This document shows positions 58,788 through 64,000 of a DNA stretch of 64,000 nucleotides, one piece after another. The notes beneath the pieces are model-generated. The model saw only the letters and a list, made by a program, of their open reading frames with translations. It was not told the DNA's origin and ran no database searches. Position 1 is the first letter of the stretch. The number at the start of each line of letters is the position of its first letter. The stretch lies in IMG/VR virus record IMGVR_UViG_3300037261_000033, positions 28,203 through 92,202 of that record, one strand, 5' to 3'. The DNA comes from a virus. The translations under genes were made by a program, and so were the position numbers.

Positions 58788-61700
58788 AAGGAATTTGCTG
58801 GCGTCGGTGAAGGTGACGATATGGTTTTAGATTGCGCCGCCTTCAATTCATCAATCTCTTTCCGCTGCTGTTGTACCTCCTGAGTCAGTGATGCGATCAA
58901 TACCATTGGGTCGATTCCAAGTCTTTTCTCTCCGGGCGCTGCTGGATCATCCGGCGCTGGCATCACTGCTTCCGGTAGAATCTTTTGCACTTCCTCTGCC
59001 ACAAACCCTACCCGGTTCTGATTGGGCAATGACTTGTATTGATAGGTTCTCGGTTTGAGATTCAAAACGGCGTTGGTCGCCGTGGATGTTTTGCTAGGCT
59101 GATAATCCTTAATGTTTTGCTTTACCGCTGCCGATGAAGTGTAAAGCGTTCCATTTACATAAATGGATGCGTTCCCAAACACGTAAGCCGATACTCCCGA
59201 ACTCCATTGTAGATAACGGGTGGAATCGTTTCCAAACCAAAGAACGCCACCCTTTGCGTTCTGAGTTTGCAACGCTACGTCCCCTGCCGTTGAAGAAGAA
59301 GGGTTAGTTGTACTGCCCCCGCTAAAAATGTTAGCGGAAACATTTCCATTGAATGACCAATTCCCACTGCCGTCTGCGGTCGTGTTTGTCGCGCCCGAAC
59401 GAAAGTGTATAACGTTAGCATCGAGATACATTACTCCGGTGTTGTAATTGCCGATGATGAGGTTCCCGCTGGCTTGAGAAAAGGTTGTGTATCCTCCACT
59501 GTAGGAAAGACTCGTATTTCCCGCCGTGAGAACTGCTGTCGAAGGCAACGTGACATTTCCGCTCGTGGTCAAGGACGTGAGCGTGCCGAGACTGGTGACG
59601 TTCGGCTGCGCGGCGGTCTGGAGCGTTCCGGTTAAGTTTGTGGCGATGAGCGAGCCGCTCATGTAGAAATTGCCGGAGCCGGGATCGGCCCAACTCCCAC
59701 CGTAATTGCCAAGGTTCAACCCATTCTGCAAAAGCATCCGGTCAGTGCCGTTCGTCGCGAACTTGATGGACGAGCCTTCGATTATCCACGGCTCCCAAGC
59801 CTGCGTTGCGTCCCACTTGTAAGACTGAAGGTGGGAGTAATTGTAGGTGGCGTCGTAATACATCACCGCGCCTTTCCCTGTTGTCGGAACCTTCGTGCTG
59901 GAAAGTGCTTGAATCGGTTGGTCGAATTTAGCCGAAGCACCGTCCGCTTCCATCCAAACGCTTCCTTTGACGACCTTGTTGAATGCGAAATTGATTTCGC
60001 TCAACCCCCCAGTCGGATTTTCGTTGCTCAGCGTGAGCATTCCCTCTGGGAAATTGGCGTTATGGGTGGTCTTGTTCGCCCGGACAAAAAGCGGATTGCT
60101 TTGCGGCTGGAAGTAGTAGGTGAGGAGATCGTTGATGACGGGCTGGATGTAGCTGGCAAATTTACGGCCACCGGCAAAGGTGTGATGCAGTTGATCGCCC
60201 TGATACCAAGTGGTGTTTGAATAGCCGCCCGTGTTGAACTCGTTCGAGCCGCCGTTGATCACGCCCCAATCGACGAAGTGATCGGCGAATTGCGCCCAGT
60301 TCTGGCGGATGAGCGCGTTGACCGTGCCGACAAGCGTGTCGTAGGCAATGCCGGTGCCTGACTGCGTGCCCCCGCGCGAGGTGAGACCGACGACGATGAC
60401 GCGCCAGCCGTTTTGGCGATGATGTTTGCAGATCGCTTCGATAAGCGAGTAGGTCTGCTCCGCGCTCAGGTAAGGCGAGAGGCCGAGATTGTTCGTGCCA
60501 GCATCGTAGACGACGACATTCATCCCGGCTTCCTGCCGGTAGAGGGCATTGACGCGCGCGGCGGTTTCGTAGAGATCCTGAATCGTCTTGCCGGCGACGG
60601 CAACGTTCTGGCCGACGGACGGACTGACCGCGATCCCATTGTAAGTGCCGATCGCAGGCACGGCCGAGACGCCATCGGCGCCGGCCGCGCCCATGTAGTT
60701 GTTGTAGCCGTTCGGCGCGCCGCTCACATCGCTGACCTGCTGGGTAATGGAGTCGCCTTCGAAGACGACGTTCGCGGAATAGCTGCCGGTGATTCCGATG
60801 GTGTGATCGGCGGCGTTGACGGGGCCGGAGGCAGTGACACTGGAAGGAGTGATCGCGCCGAGGCCGATCGTATTAGTCGATCGTGTTATTCCATTGATGA
60901 AGGTGAGCGCATTTTCTTTCGCGTTCCACGTCGAGGCCGAGGCGATGTAAGTGTCTGAGATGGGACTTGCGTTCCAAGTCCCGGCGGAGATAGCCCCGCC
61001 GTAAAAGCCGAAGTATGTCGAGCGGAACGCCATCGGAACGTAACCGCTCGTCGCATCGTTCCAGGCGTCGAGTTGAATGCCAGATGTGTAGTCGGCATGG
61101 CCGCGCACTCCGAAATTTTCATCCGTTGCCGCGTGAGCAAAGATTGGCATGCTCGCGATAGGGGTCGTGCCGATGCCGATGGGATTTGAAAATATTTTGC
61201 TGCCGCCGATGGTTTCCGATCCGGCAAGGTGAACAACTGCGGAGTCGTTCGCGGCGGTGTAACCAAGCGCGGCCTGATAACTCGTTGTATCAATCGAAAG
61301 CGTCCCATCCGATGAGCCAGTTTTCAGGAAGCCGTTGGACGTTTGATTGGTTATCTTAGCAATGGATAATTGCGCATTGGATGGCACTGAAATAGTCGGA
61401 TTTCCGCTAACTCCATCACCATTACTTACCGAGACTTGATTTGTGGTTCCGATGAGCGTCCGGGCGGATCGGGTATTAGCTGCGGTGCGCACAATTAGAC
61501 CATTTACGGCTAAACCATTGTCGATTGTGTCAAGCGTAATCGAACCACCAAGAGCAATAGAAGTTCCAGCAATACTGACAGTTGAGTTAGCGAGCTTGGC
61601 GTTCGCGATGCCTGCATTGTTTATTCCATAAGTTGTGACGCTCGATGCGGTATTGACATACAATCCATCGGCTGAATTGAAGGTGCTGTATCCCTTAATT

Positions 61701-63499
61701 CCATTTAAGTAAGCAGCGGCGGCACCTACCGTTATCGCCGGTTCAGCCCCTATTGCTGCGGGGGTGATAGCTGCACTGCCCGCCGCCGTAAGTAAGCCCT
61801 TCCCGTTCGTTGTAAACGTGGCGACATGTGATGAATCACCAAAGCTTCCTACGTTACCGTTAACTGTCGCAAGTGTCCCTGCATTTGTTACATTTCCGCT
61901 GCCATCGAATGACGGGGAAGTCCAAGTAAGATCGCCCGTGATTGAAAGAGTGCGCCCGGTTGCCAGTGCGGTAGCTGTAGCCGCATTTCCAGCACTCGTG
62001 ATGTAACCGCTTGGGTTAGTGGCGTTGTAAGGCGTGAAGCCTAGCGCTGTCGTTACCATGCCGGATGTGATGCCGGAAATATAGGCAGATGGATTGGTAG
62101 CATTATAGGGAGTGAACCCCAAAGCAGCCTGCTTGTTATTAAACGTAGTCCAATCCGCCGTTGATAACGCGCCGCGATTCGACGATGACGCCGTTGGGAG
62201 ATTGAAGGTGATCGCGTTAGCTCCACTGAGCACAACCCCGAAGTCACTCCCGCTCGTTCCCACACTGATCGTCTTGTATTCGTAAGCGGTCGCGCCGTTG
62301 TTCATCCCGAGGACTTGGTTCGCTGTCCCGAGTCCGCTTAATCCGGCGAGAGAAAATGTCCTATTGGTGCTCAAATCTCCACCGCCAAGCAGGGGCGAAG
62401 TTGTGGAAATCGTAATCGCGCTTCCAGTTAGATAAGTATTGGTATCAAGTGACAGCGTTCCGTCACTGGCGCTTTTCACAAATCCTGCGGTTAGATTTGT
62501 AATCTTGGCTATGGACAGTTGCGCGTTGGAAGGAATCGAAAATACCGGATCGCCGCTGACCCCGTTTGCGTTGGTTACAGTGATCTGGTTTGTGGTTCCG
62601 GCCATTTGCCGAATTGTCCGAGCATTGGTTGCAGTCCGGGCTAGAAAACCGTTTGATGAAATTCCGTCAATGGCGTCGAGCGTGGCGTCTGCCGTTCCAT
62701 CAAACGAAAATCCACCGATATTCCGCGCTGTAGTCAGCTTAGCTGCGCTCCCGGTCGTGTTCTGATTCAGAGTGGGGAAGTCAACCGCAACCGCTATTGA
62801 AGGGACGCCCGTTCCTGTCGTGTTCTTCAAGATTCCCGTCGCAAGACCGCTCATTGTCGTCCCGTTTATCTTCGTGACCGTGAGCGATAGCGTTCCCGCC
62901 GTGTTGTTCGCGTCCCCAGTAAACGCTGGCATGAGTGACGCCGGGAACACGCTCGTGTTGAACGTTGGTGCTCCGCTGCCGCTTCCTGAGTTGCCGAACC
63001 ACGAGTAGCCCGCAGCGTTGCTTAACGAGAACGTAACCGCTTGCGTTGTAGTTCCGCTTACGTTCGACGTGAACAGTGGCGTCAAGTTCCCGACCGTCAC
63101 GGCTGACACTGCGCCGATTCCTCCCGGAGTGATTGCGTTTGTCGTGACGACAGTTAAGCGTCCTTTCGCATCCGTCGTCAGCGTGAGCGTGTGCGTCGCA
63201 TCCCCGTAAGTTCCCGCCGTCCCGACATTATTCAACGCGGAGTCAAGAAGGAATCCGCTTCCGTTAAGAACCGGAACTTGGTTAGCGCTATAACCGAAAT
63301 TGTAAACCGTCCCGTTGAGGCTGAATTGCCCTGTCGCGAAGTCGATTACGCTAGGCGTGCTGATGTGTCCGCCCGGCCCCTTACTCCGCAGAATCGGCTC
63401 TACGCCGTAAGTCCCCTGCGCCAAGGAATGCTCGGCAAAGAACGATGAAACGCTCAAGCACGCAATCAGGGTTATTCGGATTAAGCTACTTGTCGCCAT
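58784..63499 (-). CDS. Tail fibre/spike with SGNH esterase domain and C-terminal S74 intramolecular chaperone
   Basis: G/T/S/N-rich shaft repeats; FEGDSIT, GTNN, DQLH; SSAAVKQNI...GFVAEEV....PEAV followed by a coiled coil. Confidence 0.88.
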   Translation of the reverse strand: MATSSLIRITLIACLSVSSFFAEHSLAQGTYGVEPILRSKGPGGHISTPSVIDFATGQFSLNGTVYNFGYSANQVPVLNGSGFLLDSALNNVGTAGTYGDATHTLTLTTDAKGRLTVVTTNAITPGGIGAVSAVTVGNLTPLFTSNVSGTTTQAVTFSLSNAAGYSWFGNSGSGSGAPTFNTSVFPASLMPAFTGDANNTAGTLSLTVTKINGTTMSGLATGILKNTTGTGVPSIAVAVDFPTLNQNTTGSAAKLTTARNIGGFSFDGTADATLDAIDGISSNGFLARTATNARTIRQMAGTTNQITVTNANGVSGDPVFSIPSNAQLSIAKITNLTAGFVKSASDGTLSLDTNTYLTGSAITISTTSPLLGGGDLSTNRTFSLAGLSGLGTANQVLGMNNGATAYEYKTISVGTSGSDFGVVLSGANAITFNLPTASSSNRGALSTADWTTFNNKQAALGFTPYNATNPSAYISGITSGMVTTALGFTPYNATNPSGYITSAGNAATATALATGRTLSITGDLTWTSPSFDGSGNVTNAGTLATVNGNVGSFGDSSHVATFTTNGKGLLTAAGSAAITPAAIGAEPAITVGAAAAYLNGIKGYSTFNSADGLYVNTASSVTTYGINNAGIANAKLANSTVSIAGTSIALGGSITLDTIDNGLAVNGLIVRTAANTRSARTLIGTTNQVSVSNGDGVSGNPTISVPSNAQLSIAKITNQTSNGFLKTGSSDGTLSIDTTSYQAALGYTAANDSAVVHLAGSETIGGSKIFSNPIGIGTTPIASMPIFAHAATDENFGVRGHADYTSGIQLDAWNDATSGYVPMAFRSTYFGFYGGAISAGTWNASPISDTYIASASTWNAKENALTFINGITRSTNTIGLGAITPSSVTASGPVNAADHTIGITGSYSANVVFEGDSITQQVSDVSGAPNGYNNYMGAAGADGVSAVPAIGTYNGIAVSPSVGQNVAVAGKTIQDLYETAARVNALYRQEAGMNVVVYDAGTNNLGLSPYLSAEQTYSLIEAICKHHRQNGWRVIVVGLTSRGGTQSGTGIAYDTLVGTVNALIRQNWAQFADHFVDWGVINGGSNEFNTGGYSNTTWYQGDQLHHTFAGGRKFASYIQPVINDLLTYYFQPQSNPLFVRANKTTHNANFPEGMLTLSNENPTGGLSEINFAFNKVVKGSVWMEADGASAKFDQPIQALSSTKVPTTGKGAVMYYDATYNYSHLQSYKWDATQAWEPWIIEGSSIKFATNGTDRMLLQNGLNLGNYGGSWADPGSGNFYMSGSLIATNLTGTLQTAAQPNVTSLGTLTSLTTSGNVTLPSTAVLTAGNTSLSYSGGYTTFSQASGNLIIGNYNTGVMYLDANVIHFRSGATNTTADGSGNWSFNGNVSANIFSGGSTTNPSSSTAGDVALQTQNAKGGVLWFGNDSTRYLQWSSGVSAYVFGNASIYVNGTLYTSSAAVKQNIKDYQPSKTSTATNAVLNLKPRTYQYKSLPNQNRVGFVAEEVQKILPEAVMPAPDDPAAPGEKRLGIDPMVLIASLTQEVQQQRKEIDELKAAQSKTISSPSPTPANSF

Positions 63500-64000
63500 C
63501 TGGAATTAGGATCATCTGCGGTTGCGGTGTCGCCTGTCACTGGGGCGATTCCCTGTAAAAGCCAAAGTTGAAACGCATCGTTTCCTCCCACCTGAGTTAC
63601 GATTGGCACGAGGGAGGGTTTTGGAAGGATGAGTGTGTTTATCGGCAAGGCGGTAGCATACGCCAACGTGCTCGTCACGTCGAGAATTTGCATCGCGCGG
63701 CTAAAGATTTGCGCCGATTGCGTGTCTCCCGGTGAGAACAGCGGCAGGTTCCGATTCAGAGTAAAATCCTTGTGAATCACGTACTGTTGCCCGCTCGCGG
63801 TTGTCCCGACAAAGTTCCCGTTCAGAGTCACTTCCCAAAATCCGCTTCCACTGTGCGCCGGATCGGCCTTAGCGGCTACCGTGTAAACCGTTGCGTCCGG
63901 CGCGACCAGCGAGAACCACGACGCGCCCGCGACAACTTGCGTCCAATCACAGTTAACGTCACCGATGACGCGCGCGCTGCCGCTCGTGACCGTGACCGTT
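63481..64000 (-). CDS. Probable virion structural protein (5' end outside the window)
   Basis: The frame stays open to the window edge (TVTVTSGSARVIG...); directly upstream of the tail fibre. Confidence 0.6.
   Translation of the reverse strand, partial: TVTVTSGSARVIGDVNCDWTQVVAGASWFSLVAPDATVYTVAAKADPAHSGSGFWEVTLNGNFVGTTASGQQYVIHKDFTLNRNLPLFSPGDTQSAQIFSRAMQILDVTSTLAYATALPINTLILPKPSLVPIVTQVGGNDAFQLWLLQGIAPVTGDTATADDPNSRWRQVA

Noticed and set aside
1020-63448. Numerous + strand ORFs, including 36294-37265, 35764-36555 and 41209-41955
   Set aside because: They lie antisense to motif-bearing minus-strand genes and have no recognisable motifs; consistent with shadow ORFs.
1-64000. CRISPR array or diversity-generating retroelement
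   Set aside because: No regularly spaced repeats, no reverse transcriptase, and no TR/VR pair differing at adenines were seen.
1-64000. Specific host assignment
   Set aside because: Lipoproteins and SD-poor starts are only suggestive; no host genes are present in the window.

Overview
A 64-kb internal segment of a large tailed dsDNA phage (or prophage) genome. Essentially all genes lie on the minus strand and many are coupled by ATGA overlaps. The + strand ORFs appear to be shadows. In transcription order (right to left) the window holds: a truncated structural gene; a 1571-aa tail fibre/spike (SGNH esterase plus S74 chaperone, signal-peptide-like N-terminus); holin-like, lipoprotein and metalloprotease genes; a recombination/replication block (Endo VII, annealing-like protein, Rad50/SMC-like ATPase, UvrD, GIY-YIG, initiator, DnaC-like loader, KH protein, ParB-like protein, DUF5131, NrdR-like ribbon); a lysozyme-like protein; a C5 methyltransferase; terminase subunits; an intein-containing SNF2 helicase; a HerA-like ATPase; an apparently dead serine recombinase; an HNH nuclease; the portal; a split head-morphogenesis gene; a GHKL-zincin protein; an AAA+ ATPase; and a SNF2 plus N4/N6 methylase pair. 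No major capsid, integrase, CRISPR array or reverse transcriptase was recognised. The most unusual signals are non-coding: (i) two composite CCA-ending tRNA-like RNAs, one with both Met-CAU and Pro-UGG anticodon arms and one with a tRNA-like unit nested in another; (ii) a five-copy palindrome TTTGAGTTAGCGCC-N4-GGCGCTA, one copy inside the ParB-like gene; (iii) a promoter family with a GAnnnT -10 box and a duplicated leaderless promoter/operator cassette; (iv) several in-frame TAG codons in apparently continuing frames. Family assignments come from motif recognition by eye; no searches were run.
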